A DNA stretch of 64,000 nt from Haliotis rufescens (GCF_023055435.1 NW_025964112.1:54622001-54686000); one strand, 5' to 3'. Shown: positions 35,200-48,558, numbered from the stretch's first letter. Program-made: numbers and translations. The notes: generated by a model not told the origin, from the sequence alone.

Positions 35200-35850
35200 C
35201 CCTGGACCCATCGCGACACTTCTATTACAGAATTTATCTTGCTCTTGAGTGTCATAAGACTGAATATCTTTATATAACGTCGTGTCTTTCGTTGGACAAA
35301 GCTTTAGTAGCGAATGCTCACAGAGTATTTATCTTAATAGAATGGAGAAATAATACCCTAGCTAACCGAGGATGGTCACAAATGAGCAATCTTCTTTACT
35401 ATTCCAGAAAGTTGGTACACCTAAGTATCTTTTCCTAAGATTTTTAACTTTTTATGAAAGTCCTGTCGTTCCCCTTAATGCCAAATCGTAAAAGCACTTA
35501 TTCCAGTTGGCGGTGTTCGAAAATGTTGTATCCAAATATTTATACCTGTTTACAACAGACATTTTGATAGCTTTATAACTGCAACAGAGCAATATTGCTA
35601 CTAAGCCTGGAAAGCTTTGAATGCCGTGCCGCAAACAGTAATTGCGCTATCTTGTGGCTTAATTTCTGTCCATCACTTGATTGTCTGGTTTGGTTACATC
35701 CCCCAAGGCAGGCAACAAACAAACATTTTTTATGCAACTTGTATTAGTGGCAGGTGCAACCGGAGGGGCAGGACAAATTCATGCTTATTCTTTTCGCAAA
35801 CACCTGGGGATCTACCTGTATAATTTTCACGAATATTTTCTCGCCAATAT
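35200..35850 (-). pseudogene. Possible highly decayed non-LTR retrotransposon reverse-transcriptase fragment
   Basis: VVNRYKYLDTTFS resembles the YKYLG motif C-terminal to LINE RT; a QLLFA upstream and RYLGV downstream are compatible. Weak. Confidence 0.35.
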
Positions 35851-36021
35851 TTCTTGATCGTTTTTCTTTACTTATCAGCAGCAGAATCTCTTGACGTGTA
35901 CACAGAATTTCAAGATTAACATCACTGGATTTTCTGGTCCATCATTTGATTGCCTGGTTTTCAGGAAGCTTCTCCTCCGTACTGTAGACACAGAAGTTGT
36001 TGTATCCACAGCTAGACATCA

Positions 36022-36345
36022 GACCCCTGAACATCCGGGGTGGAAGAAGCCTTCAGCAACCCATGCTAGCCGACTATGTTTGTCGTAAGAGGCGACTAAC
36101 GGGATCGGGTGGTCAGTCTCGGTTGATTATTGCACTTATATAGCGACGTGCAGGCGCGCGCGTGCGTGCGTGCGTGTGTGTGTGTGTGTGCGTGTGCGTG
36201 CGCGTGTGGCTGCTTGTACGTGAATTGATGCTCATGATGTCAATCACTGGACTGTCTGGTCCAGACGCGTTTGTTTACAGACCGTCATCATGTAGCTTGA
36301 ATATTGCTGAGTGCGGCGTTAATCAACAAACAAACAAACAAAAAT
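36022..36345 (+). mobile_element. Family D retroposon, full length, with an inverted family C fragment inside
   Basis: 12-bp TSD AGCTAGACATCA (36010-36021 / 36346-36357) fixes the 5' end at GACCC; (CAAA)n tail. Confidence 0.88.
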
Positions 36346-37328
36346 AGCTAGACATCACAGAGTTGCCCGTGGCTTTTGGAAACTAGCAGACATTTCCGGT
36401 ACGTACCTGCCCATGTGATTGCTGCATCACTTCGTCCAAACAAGTCAAAGGCATTAAGGTTGTTGTTTTTATGACAGGAACAGCAGTCTAGACAATATTG
36501 ACGGTCATTGATAGTATCATGAAAAACTCTCCTGGTTAGGGTTAGGGTTAGAGTTTTATGGATAAGAACTTACATATTTTTTTTGTTACGATGTTTAAGG
36601 GCTACCTCTTGCTCCTTCATCATAAGGTAATGAGAGGACAAGAAGTAGCCCTGAAACATTGTACAAAGAACATCTATAACCGAGGAACAATTAAAGCAAA
36701 TTGTTTGCTACAGAAAAAAATAAATATACTAGTACTTGAAATGAACAAACACACCAGAGTTTAACTGAAGATGAAACCCTAGGTAAATATAAATTTATAA
36801 CATCACCATGTAACGTATGGTTGATATACAACGGTGTTTATGATTATATGTTCAGACTAATTTCGAATTAAATTATGGGATTCTCCCCAAGGGGAGATAA
36901 TATCGTATCATGCATGCTGTTGACCGGGGTGGTATCATGTGCTTCGTTATGCAGGTTCATGCTATGAAATCATAAATTGAAGATAGTGATATTATTATAT
37001 CATATTCATATATTGTTAAATAATTGACTGAAGGTCAATAAAAGCAAGGTAAAACCTCAGAGTATACTTTAATGATCTGTTTAACTTTTTGGTAAAACGA
37101 TTTCAGATTATTCAAACGACTGCTATGGCCACACGGACATGTCAAGTGTATTGAAAAGAGAACCCATGTCCTACATGTAAATATGGCAGTACTGATTGTT
37201 GTAGGTGTATATGTAATAATTATTAGTGGCAATTGATGTCTGAAACGCTCGTAAAATGTGGAGTACTGTAGTGGCAAGGAAGTGGGATTAGAGTTACATC
37301 CCCTGATTGTTTACAAACAACTTGATAA

Positions 37329-37415
37329 GACAAGATAGACACAATTTTATGGATAACAACTTCTTTAATACAGTATTAAAGAAGTTGTTATCCATAAAAT
37401 TGTGTCTATCTTGTC
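37329..37415. repeat. Perfect 87-bp palindrome (43-bp arms, 1-nt spacer)
   Basis: GACAAGATAGACACAATTTTATGGATAACAACTTCTTTAATAC-A-GTATTAAAGAAGTTGTTATCCATAAAATTGTGTCTATCTTGTC. Confidence 0.95.
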
Positions 37416-38629
37416 ATCCGCCAACTTCTAAGTAATGCCTATCAAACAAGTTAACTTGATAAGACTTGATCGTTTGAAGAGTTTTGGGATAGAAGTTTCT
37501 CGAAGGCTGTCTATACCTATATAATAGCGACACGACTCGAGGCGTATTACGACCTGACTCGCTTCTCATCTACTTGCCAAGTCCGAACCGGATACCTGAC
37601 CAAACGATTTCTGCCAGCTCCCAACACTACTCCGGATTCTCTTTCTGCTATTAATTACTACTGCCTTATACTTGACCCATTGTATTGCCTTTTATGATTG
37701 TAAACCTAATTGTGTGTCTCAATTCAATTTGTTAATTATTCATTGATCGTTTGTAGTCATTCGTGATTTCACAATTTAGTTGAGGTTAACCCTTACGTTT
37801 CAATTTGGAAATCATCATGTAACATCATGTGTTAATAAAGACGGCACAGGGGGCCTTTCACTCACTTAACCAATGTTATAGACTTGATCATGCCAAACAC
37901 CCTCAACTTTCCTGGAAGAACTTGCCATTTGAACATCAGTACTTTCAAAGTTATCGTGTATTTCAAAATTGAATTTCCAGCGGACCAAAAACGAACCTTA
38001 TCTTACATTGTCCTGTAAGAATACACAATATTCTCCGTTTGTGCCAGTAGCTACAACCCGTTGGTTTTGCTATTTTATCTTCACGTCAATCAAGACACTT
38101 TGATTTAACTTCCACAGCCAGCATAGAAGGAATTCAAGTGAATCATAAAAAATTACAACATGTAAATTCAATCGGTTGTTCATTACCCTCTGCTTGAACC
38201 ATGACACCGGTTCCGTACATGGAATCATGTCCCGATTCGTCGTCAGTGGCGAAAGGCGGGAAACCGAGATGCTTAGCTTGAAGTAACGATCTGACGTGAT
38301 ACAGTCTACTCCCTATCAAAACTGGACGATGCACGTGGCACCACAATCAGTTATCTGCTGCCGATGCAATCAGGCCGACGCAGACTATTTCCGGTTATAG
38401 ATTGAGGCCAGAAGCGCGGGAAACAGTGTCGTCTGTCCCTGAAGTACCTGATACACAGCCATTGGCTTTTTCTTAGGGTGTATGCTACATCTATTTACAT
38501 AGAGCATTATCTCTAAACGTGAAGTACTTATTTGTAAGATAAAAGGTATATTTTTAGTTTAAGGATGCATCTTTGCCTAATATAATTGTTTCCCAGCTCC
38601 CACAATTGCTTTGTGAAATATTCAATATA

Positions 38630-38862
38630 TGTTTGTTTGATGTTTAACGACGTACTCAGCAATATTCAAGCATTATGACGGCGGTCTGTAAATAATCGAG
38701 TCTGGACCGGACAATCCAGTGATTGACGTCATGGACATCGATCTACGTAATTTGGACACGATGACACGCATAAACCGAGCCTGACCTTCCGACCCCGTTA
38801 GTCGCCTCTTGCGACAAGCTTGGGTTGCCAAAGACCCACTCTAACCCGGATCTTCACGGGTC
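38630..38862 (-). mobile_element. Family D retroposon, full length, single-hairpin variant
   Basis: Minus strand begins GACCCGTGAAGATCCGGGTTAGAGTGGGTCTTTGGCAACCCAAGCTTGTCGCAAGAGGCGACTAACGGGGTC. Confidence 0.85.
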
Positions 38863-40782
38863 TAAGTATATGCATAAATGAAGTCTTCATTTTATTTTTG
38901 AAAATATACTGCTTAAATGAGATTATAAGTTTATAGTTATGTGTAGAGCCGGAATAGCTTCGTATGCCCTAATCAAATTCACATGAAGTATGTGTAGACC
39001 CTCTAATAATGTTATACAAGTGTCTCACACAGCAACACGATGTACTTTGGACCATGGCTGCCAATGAGACCTTGGTCCAGTGTCTTATGAATAAGTGTCC
39101 ACACCAGTGATAATTGGAATCGGATATGAAGACGATAAAGAAAATCCAATGTCTGAGGGAAGTGATCGTTAATATAATTGTTATCAGTTTTAGCAATGTA
39201 CAAGATGTGATCCCATAGTCCATAGCCTATCTGATAGTCCTCCTTTAGCTGGCGTCTTTCCTGGGCAGGGCTTCCTACTGGAATAGTTTCCGATACATTG
39301 TAGACAACACTAGATGGTGTAATACCGACTGATACATCATTACTGTTTCGGGATGTAAATAGACCAGAAGGACATCTGGAGGAGGAGGTGGGGATAATAG
39401 GAATCAGACAGAAATGAGTTACAAAATAGCCAGAGTTTCAAACACTAAAACCTACTGTTGATGCATTTATATTGATCGAAATCCAAGTCAATTATTTCTG
39501 AATCAGAAATAAGTCACCCAGTACTGGTACTGAAAAAACATTGCATCGGGTCGTATGTTCTGAATGGATGCTCAATAGTTGCTCAAAACTTTATCTCAGT
39601 CATCAAAATTGATTTGCGGTCCTCAACTTATTCATATGAAAGACAGTGGGTTCACCAAGGAGGAATGGTAGACAATTAAGTCTTTGATTTAAATGAAGGG
39701 TGAAAGTAAAAATCAAAATCTTGTGTCAGGAACTACATCGATATTACGACTATATAATCCTGACCAAGTCCGTGCCTTATGTAGCAATCTTAAGCGCGCA
39801 CTCAGTCCGCAGATGACGCCTGCGCCAAGATGGCGACTGGTGGCAGACGACAATGGTGCAGAGGAAATGGCGGGAAGGAATCGATACCGAGACGAGAGGT
39901 TGATGGCTGTGCTCACTCACAGTTAACCGCCTAAGGTCACACAAACAGCGTTCTTTGAAAGTTTTAATGATCTCTCTCCACAATATTGGACTAGTGCTCG
40001 TCATCTGAGGATTACAGTCAAGTGTTGTGCCCGAGCTATTGTGACTACATCTCAGGTAGGTGACTTTCACAAATTATGTTTTGCACATAGAGATAGTCGC
40101 TTGAAGTTGACTCTCGTTCAGCGCTCTCCCACTAACACAGTCAAGGCAGTCAGGCTGTGATTAAAACTGGAGAAGTTTATACACTACATGTCTACAAATA
40201 AACTAACGTGTAACTAGAACTGTGTAACATGAATAATAACGTATTTCAAAATGTCGGATAAAAGAAGTTGATTATTGTTCTACACGAGAATGAATGAATG
40301 AATGAATGAATGAAAGAATGAATGGCACTACAGCTTCCTCACTTATAATGTAATCTGATCTCGAATATGCTGTACAGTAAATAGGTATTTCATTAAGCAT
40401 TCTAATGTCAAACAAGATACACTTTTCAAGAAAACAGGAAACACGGAAGTGTTGTTTATAACTACATGTCGGGGAGAATATCTGAGGTTGACAAGTCTAA
40501 GCAACACAAATACATAATTTCCTTACAAAGAATCTGGTGTTACCTCGACATCCGCAGTTCTGACGGTGCATACTCTTCCCTTTGAAACTGACAGAAAGTT
40601 GAAGTGCGATATTTACTTGCTTATTAATGTGACCATTTCATGAATTTTCGAAATGGACTCAGAACTTTTATTTCAGTATGAAGTAAATTGATATAAATGC
40701 AGGAGTATATTCCTAAATGTAGCGACAACGCAACTTATATTGATATATTTTGTTGTAATGTATTATTTATACCACTATTTTA

Positions 40783-40837
<55 letters not shown>

Positions 40838-40858
40838 TCTTCTACTACTTCTACTACT
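40783..40858. repeat. (CTA)n microsatellite
   Basis: Directly visible; source of the poly-Val pseudo-ORF. Confidence 0.95.
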
Positions 40859-41530
40859 TGCACTTCACAAACGTAGACAGAAACTAAGCAGGTATTACCC
40901 ATGAATTGAAGGTTGTTTTTCTGCACATAAATGTGTCTAGCTAAATTAAATGTACAAGTCTTTCCCATCTGTATCTATTATAACGCGGAAAAGCCAATAA
41001 TCTATCATGTGTCAGTGGAGGTAAGTACAAGGAATCTGCCTAATGATTTCTGACATCCAGGGAAGCCATTTCTGGGTGACAAAGGAATCCACGTTGCGCA
41101 ATAGTTGAATCAATTGCATTTCAACAGAGCCAGTTTTAGATGTTCAGATGACTGGTTTTCGTGCTGCTTTATTGGTCACAGTAGATCTGAGTCATCACAT
41201 ATTATAAACTATTTAAACCAGTCTGTATAAAGTAGCAAAAACCTTGTGCGTTACTGGAGATTTATTTGAGTCTGCAGCCGAAAGCCCACATACTTCGCTC
41301 CTTGCCAGGATAGATGCGCAGGTAAGATATATGTGTTATGACAAGCGTATCTAACAAGACAGATAGTGACAAAGGTTGAAACGCATCTCTTTTCCTCACT
41401 TAAGGACAAAGGGATCAAATTTCGAAAACATTGGAATAATACAAGAGACGAGAAATGTCAGTATTATGTTTCATAATTACTGTACTGTTAAACCATGAAT
41501 GTTGCTTCTAATTGAGTCATGACTAGAATA

Positions 41531-41869
41531 GGTGAGGTGAGGTGAAATTGGGTGTAACGTCGCGTCCAAGATTATTGCACTTATATAGCGACCTGCATGC
41601 ACGTGTATGTGTGTGTGTGGCTGCTTGTACTAGTCCGGACTGATGCCGATTTATAGTGGCGGTCTGTAAATAATCGAGTCTGGACCAGACAATCCAGATT
41701 GACATCATGAGCATTGATCCTCGCAATTGGGATAAATGACATGCTTCAACCAAGTCAGCGAGCCTGACCACCCGATCCCGTTAGTCGCCTCTTACGACAA
41801 GCACAGATGCCTTTTATACCAGGCATGGGTTGCTGAAGATCCGGATCCGGATCCGGATCTTCACGGGTC
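41531..41869 (-). mobile_element. Chimeric element: family D 5' part joined to a family C 3' part
   Basis: 41655-41869 matches family D; 41531-41650 matches the family C end (GTCGCTATATAAGTGCAATAATCTTGGACGCGACGTT...(CACCT)n). Confidence 0.75.
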
Positions 41870-44800
41870 CTGACACATGTGTGTTCTGTACACAAGTAAC
41901 GGCAAATGTTTAATTACTTACTTAATAATTCCTTTTTCCGATGTACATCAGTTTGAACGAGCAACAAATGCTCAGGTGTAAGTTTACCATTTTGCCCGTG
42001 TAGTTATAACAACGACAGCCCCGATATGGGTTTTCTGTGTTCACAGTTTTAATAATAATTTAATTTTAATGATAATGTTAATATGTGTGCAGCACTGTTC
42101 CTTCTCTTTTGTCTGTCTCTGTCCATCCTCGGCATGTAGAAAAGCCCTGGCCGTTATCAACATTTTGTTGTGAATTAGCAGATGAAGCTGATTGAGATAG
42201 ATAAAGGGGTGTTCTTTTTTTGTTTCTTTTAATAACCTAGGATTGTCATTTTAGAGTGCGAGCGTGAATTAATTGCGATCTAAGGTACGGGGAAAGTTGT
42301 CACTGTGGAAAAAGGAAATCCTTCTTACATATTCTTTCATCAGATCCCTGCAATAATTCTACAATGTAATAAAGTCTACGTTTGAATTAATGAAACAATA
42401 AAAGAATAACATAAAACATTCCACGAAGCTTGCCGGATCGTGAGACGATTTTAGTTGGGTCTTTACCAAGAAAGAATTCGTGAAGATCTTCAGCAAGTAT
42501 CCAAGCCAAAGGCAACCATTGTTTTAAAACCCAAACCTTTTATTACGTCGAACAAAATGGAAGCGTAATGAAAACCAATTGCAACTTCTTTGAAGAGCCA
42601 TCTCAAACCGTCACGATAAATTTAATCTGTCGTCGACGCAACCCTTTGTCACATTTTGGAACTGTCCATATGTTCGCCTGTCCACAAATATATGAATCTC
42701 CATACATCACAGTGTACATGCCATAACCTGTTCTCATCCTTTTGTGTCTGAAACAATATTCATGTCATTGGCAACTCAAAAAAAGTACTAGAATTTATTC
42801 TTTACTAAGAAAGTGTTATCCCAAATATAACATTCGTTACATTTGACCACTTTCTTAAAGGCATTGTATATTCCATGTTTCATGTACCACTCACTCCACG
42901 GTACAATGTGACTCGTTTAGTATCAAATGTGTTAATGCTTAATTCTTAATACAATATTCATAAAATGATATTTGCTAATGCCTGCTACCTACAGAACCTA
43001 TAGCTGGATCCCGGTTAAGGGACACCACATTTCCCAAGCCTATCTTCCCGTATGCAGTGATGTATCATGACACGAGAGCTAGATGCAAATATGATGGCAA
43101 ATATACTACCGCCATGTTTCATTCAGAGACATCGTAATTTGATAAGTCCTTGTCAAGATGAAACGAAACCGGAAATAGACACTGTGCTAGAGCACTGTCT
43201 CCTATAACACGCGGGAACATCACACGCCAGTCACAGTTGGTGGCGAGTTGTTCTGATGCCCAGGATAAAAACCCATTAATCAAGTAAACGCATTTGTATA
43301 TTTGAAAATGTCACACATCTGATCTGGTTTTGCTCAAACTATTCACTAATAGTTTTGTGGATATGACTAAACACGATAAGAACGAGACCTATTATAGACT
43401 GAATTTTCCTGGGTTAAAATCATTATGATGACGTCGTGCTATTGTTGTTACAGGTATCCTAGGTATCATGAATGCACTGGTCATTCTGAACATGCAGTTT
43501 AACAAGTAAAACAGACGCATCCGTTGGTCATTATGCACTGAAATTATAGAGGAAGTATACATCAACCATAGCATGGTTTCTGGCAGAGAAATCATTCAAA
43601 GCTTCGGGGCTCGTTGATTCTCCTCCCGGAATTGACAAATTCAAGTGATTTCCCCATAAGTAATATCAGAATCGTGATCTCCAAGATACTGTTCACTTCC
43701 TAATATTATGAAAGCTGAAAGATTTATTTTTTGTGTAATCACCACCATATATGAATTCATTGAGACTCCAGAGGAGGAAAAGGTCCATGGCTCTCATACT
43801 ATTTGTAAGACTTTACTCTTGCTGGTCAGGAGGTTGCATTGGTGACCTGGTTGTTAGTGTTGCATCGTAGATGGGGGCTCATGCTATCGGCCACCAGTCC
43901 GTCTGACCCAGACTCTATTTACAGACCCCTATGGTATAGCTGGTGTATTTCTAACTGATACGTTTAACAACTTAATTTTCTTTCCCGCCTTTCATTCCAA
44001 GAAATGTAAATACAATATGAAATGATTGTCATCGAGATCGACCAATGTGTAAAGAACGTTATCGGAACGTTCCAGCATTAAGGGCGTTTACCTTTACGGT
44101 ATCTTTACGTTTCGTAAAATGAACCACTTATCTCGCGACAGTGTATTCCCAGCGGGTTAATAAAACTGAAGCATTTTGTCTGATGAGATACAGCACGTCT
44201 TTACGGCTCCTCGTTTACGACATACAGTCTACTCGCAAAGAATACCGTCGACCACGCACTAAGGTTTCAATGAGATAGATCATCGGCGTTTTTCCTGCCT
44301 TGATGCATGTTTTCAAAGTTAGTGTTACAAGTGCGACGAAAACACTAATTATACTCCATCATGATGTTGAAATTGCAATACTTTTCTTGTTAAGAAGAAT
44401 AAAATACAAGATAGCATTAGTTGTATTTTCTCTCAGAACACCATAGGCCCATCACATGCAGCAATATTTTATTAGGTATAAATATACATATATACACCAG
44501 TCTATATACAGAATTTTCCTCCTAAAGGTGTCTCGCGACAATCTCATTTAAAAGAAACCAGGATATCACCTCACCCAATGTAATACCGAGAATTGTGCTG
44601 CAGGGATAAAGCATTTTGTTTTTTTATGACGCGAACCAATCTCACATTGTGTTGGATTCGGGCACAGAAATATAAATCTCTAGTAAGTCCTTTATATGAA
44701 GCAATACGCTGTCCAATCGGATATGTTCGTGTTTATAACGGAGCTTAAACGGTTCGCTTGAATTTATTATTGCTTAAAAATGATAATGTACATCTGATGA

Positions 44801-45811
44801 TATAATAGAGAGTATTTTATTGATTTTTCATTCTTTATTTACGTAAGGAGCTGTAAGGTGTCAGTTATGGCAAGTTGATACAGCACATACACATCTACAG
44901 GTACTAGTATATGGTTAATATATCAGCATTCATGAACGAGTGTTGAGCAGGGTTACAACGTTCAATGCCCCAGTAAAACCTTCAAAAGGTTTTATTGTAG
45001 ATGTGTGGTGGACATTTCCAAATTTAATGCATGTGTGACAAAAATGATGTCCGATTCCCTATTTTGACTTGAACCATATGTTCGAGTGTTTTTTTTAGGT
45101 AAACCCTTAACTTGCCTTTGCATGTGTTTGTTACGAGTGCCACCGCTGGGGCAGGATGCCTCACCTTTCGGCGAACACCTGGTATCGAAACTATTTGACA
45201 ATGATTCTTAAACACAGCTTATAATATAGTTTTAATCGTACCATAAATTCTGCTTTTAGCAGAGGTTTCTTATTATTATGAAAATGGTTTTTGAATCTTT
45301 TATTTATACCTATATGTGATAAAAATACATGCATCTAATGTGTGTCTTTTAATTAGCAGTTCATCCATTGGCAGAATCAAATATTTATCGTGACCCAGCT
45401 TGCTATCTGTCAATGCAAGTCTTCCAAATCCTTTGATCATTTGGTGATTAGGCCAATTAAAGTTATTAATTAACCGGCATCGCAGTTAAAGCGGAAAAAA
45501 CCTAGTTATTGTTTGATCTTTAGAGCTTCATCTATTGGAAGGAACTAAATCATTCCTTGCCCCCAGGATAATGTTGTGTCTCCGTGTCGTAGTATTATTT
45601 GTCAATGTTTCAGTTGCTGCTGCGCCAATAAGCTCATTACAGGGAGTCTCTGAAATGTCACGGGCTAATACATGAATGAAAGAGGGACTGAGACAGCCAT
45701 AGCATTGATTAACCACTGATTTAATTGCACATCCGAATCTGCAGAAATACTCTTTGTTTGTGTGTCAGAAAACAAGAACGTTTTTTTCAGTGCATTGGGA
45801 CGTCCGTACAG

Positions 45812-46405
45812 GTACGTGGGATGATATGGGGTTTAACGTCACGTTCAAAATGGTTGCGCTAAAGTGGCGACTTTCATGCACGTGTGTGAAGCTGCTTGTA
45901 CTCGCCCGGACTAATGCCGGTTTTATGGCGCTAGTCCACTGAGATACAATACCGCCGTTTAGCATGGATACCCCACTCACACAGAGTATACTGACTCCGA
46001 GTCAACCAGTCCATGTTTATACCCTAAACGGGGGCACGAGTGGCCCAGTCGTCTAAGGCGCCGCGATTCGCTGTGCAGAGTTGCGACCCTTAGGCACGCC
46101 AGAAACCTATGATTGTGGGTTGGAATCCCGGTTCGCCCCGATTATGTTTCTAGGTTTGTCAGCACCATACCCGTGCTCGTGGGTTTCACCAAAGTGGTAA
46201 ACGTCTGAGACTCGCGTCATTTCCGGCTTTCCTCCCACTTTAAGCTGACACGCCGTGATATAACTGGAAGACTGTTAAAGCAGCGTTAAACCCAACTCAC
46301 TCACTCACCTATACCCTAAACGCCGAACGTAAGCAGGGTAACAACAGGTACCATCTTTCAACGTCTTCTGGTATGACACGGCCAGGGTGATCGAACCACC
46401 GACCT
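45812..46405 (-). mobile_element. SINE family C interrupted by a family A copy
   Basis: Family C sequence on both sides of the insertion (GAGTATACTGACTCCGAG; TCTGGTATGACACGGCC). Ends approximate. Confidence 0.8.
46031..46309 (+). mobile_element. SINE family A nested in family C
   Basis: 13-bp TSD TATACCCTAAACG (46018-46030 / 46310-46322). Confidence 0.92.
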
Positions 46406-46749
46406 ATGCTATCAAAGACGAGAAGGTTATGAAACTGCAATATATTAAATGTCATGTGATGTAATCTCTGCCTTGTGGGTGTATGATATATATATATATG
46501 TGCATCTCTCTTTATGTGTCATTTCATTCAGGAGTATGTAACATACGTAAGTGGTCAGGGCAATGAATAACATTACATTCGCCACGGAACATAAATAACT
46601 AGCCAACACTTACTGTCAAACACTACCGAACAGGACATTGTAGTTCTTTGTCCTAAGATATCTTTGGACAGATACGTGTCCAACTAATGATAAAATGTCG
46701 AGATTTTAGTTTAATTCTCCAGCTGGCAGTCTGTAAATAAATCGCGAGC

Positions 46750-47060
46750 CTCGGCCAGGCCGACCAGTGGTTTAGTGTGAGTTTCTAGGGCTTCGGCCTG
46801 CCCCACACATAACACATGTGGTGTCCCTTTAGGGAAGTGACTTTGTTCACAATATGTATCTGTTCACCCAGCAATGAATGGGTACCCGATAGGATGAGAT
46901 GGCAGTGTGACTGCTAACCGTCTAGTGCCGCACGGGCAGCTTGTGTTGTATAGCTCCAAGGGAGCTGAGAATGAAAATCGGATACACACAGATCCGTTCA
47001 CCATGGTGATAATAACGGAGTTCCATGAGCATTTACTTGGTGAATAGAATTTGTCGCATT
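46750..47060 (+). mobile_element. Old SINE with a CORE/Nin-like central domain
   Basis: GTGTCCCTTTAGGGAAGTGACTTTGTTC...TCTGTTCACCCAGCAATGAATGGGTACC, shared with 51950-52025. Boundaries approximate. Confidence 0.55.
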
Positions 47061-47479
47061 GTAAATGGACTTGTGTTCGCCGATTGTTCATTTCGTACAA
47101 TAACGATTCACATGAAGCTGATTCGCCGACAGTCTTGACAAATATGTGACATTCTGTGGATGACTCATTGCGAGCACCACTTGTGTATCACACGTAGCGA
47201 ACCGCTGTCGATGGTGCGATGCTAGAAGTGCGCCTTGCCGTGAATTCTCAAAGGACCTTAAGCAGGGTTAAACAAATACCATTGCCTTAGATCCTTTAAC
47301 TCTTTGTTTGAACGTGGCAAGTCACACAAACCAATGTGTATAGCGCAGTAGTAATTACCTAATCGGATAACACTGTCTCGATATTGTTGTCTCTGTTCTA
47401 ATGGGCTTATTTAAAGTGTGTGGTTTGTGGGCTGAGCGATGCAGGTCGTCAATACCGTCATATCTGTGTCTGTGGGTTC

Positions 47480-47561
47480 CTCTCTACCCCTTGTGTGAAA
47501 CTGACAATATTGCTGGCGGATATTCTCTCCCTCATACTACCAACCATCACACACACATACA

Positions 47562-47593
<32 letters not shown>

Positions 47594-47790
47594 CACACAC
47601 AAACACAAACACACACAAAAATACACACACCAATGAAACTGACAATGTTGCTCGTCGGTATTCTCTAACTTATGCCCCCACCATCCATGTGTCTACCCTC
47701 CTCTACTTCTGATGTGACACTGACAATGTTGCTCATCGGTATTCTCTACATTATACCCCACCACCCATGTGTCTATCCCTCTCTACCCCA
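47480..47790. repeat. Degenerate ~82-bp tandem repeat (x3) with internal (CACG)n/(CA)n microsatellite
   Basis: ACTGACAAT[A/G]TTGCT...TATTCTCT occurs three times. Confidence 0.7.
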
Positions 47791-48284
47791 TGGGTAAACT
47801 CCCTTTACGAGTGGCTCTACCCACACGCGATGCTGCGATGTCGTATAGTTAAATGTGTCGATGGACTTTCAGAGACAAACGATGATGCTGTATTGGCTTT
47901 AAGTGGCTCTTTCATCTTCTGCGTGTTATATTCATCAAGGGGGAAGGGATAAGAATAAGGACAAAGGATGTCAACGAGACAGTATCCCTCTCACTGCCTG
48001 GTTACACGGACAGGTAGACATATGAACCAACAACCTCAGGCAATGTGAGCAGAGCTGTACAGATCTAACACAAAATAGGCAACATTTCTGGCATGCTACA
48101 ATAGACCTGTGACAGAGAAAGGAACAGTACTTAGGATCATGTTTCACATTGTACAGAGCTATTAAGATCTTGATTTGTATTCTACAGAGCTTTACCAGTA
48201 CTGGGGACACTTCTTTAGGCCATGGTTCTCTTTGTGTAGATCTAAAGGGAGAGAGTAGGTGACACTTGTCTTGTTTATGTCTAG

Positions 48285-48558
48285 TGAGTGAGTGAGTGAG
48301 TGAGTTAGGTTTAACACCGCTTTTAACAGTATTCCAGTTATATCACGGCGTGACAGCTTAATGTGGGAGGAAAGCCCGAAGTGACGTTTACCACTTCGGT
48401 GAAACCCACGAGCACGGGTATGGTGCTGACAAACCTAGAAACATAATCGGGGCGAACCGGGATTCGAACCCACAATCATAGGTTTCTGGCGTGTTCAAGG
48501 GACGCAACTCTGCACAGCGAATCGCGGCGCCATAGACGACTGGGCCACCCGTGCCCCC
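48285..48558 (-). mobile_element. SINE family A
   Basis: 12-bp TSD GTTTATGTCTAG (48273-48284 / 48559-48570). Confidence 0.92.

Noticed and set aside
36534-36551. Telomeric (TTAGGG)n
   Set aside because: Fewer than three units; not meaningful.
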